64,000 nt of DNA. Origin: an uncultured Dehalococcoidia bacterium (GTDB lineage: Bacteria > Chloroflexota > Dehalococcoidia > Lucifugimonadales > Australimonadaceae). This document shows, in pieces, positions 63,960-64,000 of the stretch. A program made the position numbers and the translations under genes. Location of the stretch: the NCBI GenBank assembly GCA_937901475.1, contig CALGTL010000079.1:4600-68599 (forward strand). Direction: 5' to 3'. The number at the start of each line of letters is the position of its first letter. The stretch's first letter is position 1. The notes under the pieces are model-generated. The model did not search any database. It saw only the letters and a list, made by a program, of their open reading frames with translations, and had not been told where the DNA came from.

Positions 63960-64000
63960 ACTTATCAGCGGAGGGAGAGGCACTCCACCGGTGATGTGGC

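Noticed and set aside
1-64000. Scan for CRISPR arrays, long tandem repeats, IS inverted repeats, rRNA, tmRNA and RNase P signatures
   Set aside because: Reading the sequence by eye showed no regularly spaced repeats or hallmark motifs (for example GAGGAAAGTCC for RNase P). A computational repeat and Rfam scan would be needed to exclude them formally.

Overview
This is a bacterial chromosomal window, moderately GC-rich (not computed), with strong GGAGG-type Shine-Dalgarno sites and frequent GTG/TTG starts. It is almost entirely coding. I call 52 protein genes, one tRNA-Arg(CCG), one decayed RRM-type pseudogene and several intrinsic-terminator-like hairpins. A few housekeeping loci are present: gltBD glutamate synthase, a DEAD-box helicase, msrA and the folP-folB-folK operon. 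They sit among many oxidative/catabolic enzyme genes that occur as paralogue sets: 4 bicupins plus 1 small cupin, 5 MFS transporters, and pairs of Rieske oxygenase alpha subunits, LigB-type extradiol dioxygenases, luciferase-like (LLM) oxidoreductases, class II aldolase/adducin proteins, isochorismatase-like hydrolases, VOC proteins, alpha/beta hydrolases and amidohydrolases. Single copies include TauD, Gfo/Idh/MocA, SDR, MDR, FAH, MmgE/PrpD, a ThDP enzyme, an acyl-CoA dehydrogenase and a molybdopterin hydroxylase large subunit. I found no CRISPR array, mobile element, defence-system hallmark or recognisable transcription factor. The layout resembles paralogue-rich marine organoheterotrophs such as SAR202-type Chloroflexota, but that is only an inference and needs a database search. 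The most notable observations are: (1) a four-member bicupin family with a conserved C-terminal His site and a degenerating N-terminal site, each copy in a different gene context; (2) several enzymes whose canonical catalytic residues are replaced (SDR Ser/Tyr, isochorismatase Cys, PanB-like Glu positions); (3) redox components with no partner genes nearby (two Rieske alpha subunits, one Mo-hydroxylase large subunit) and a signal-peptide-less TAXI-type binding protein; (4) a single-frame RRM pseudogene interrupted only by TAG codons; (5) no regulators across about 52 genes. Many ORF-track starts were moved to internal starts backed by a Shine-Dalgarno site and family-typical N-termini.
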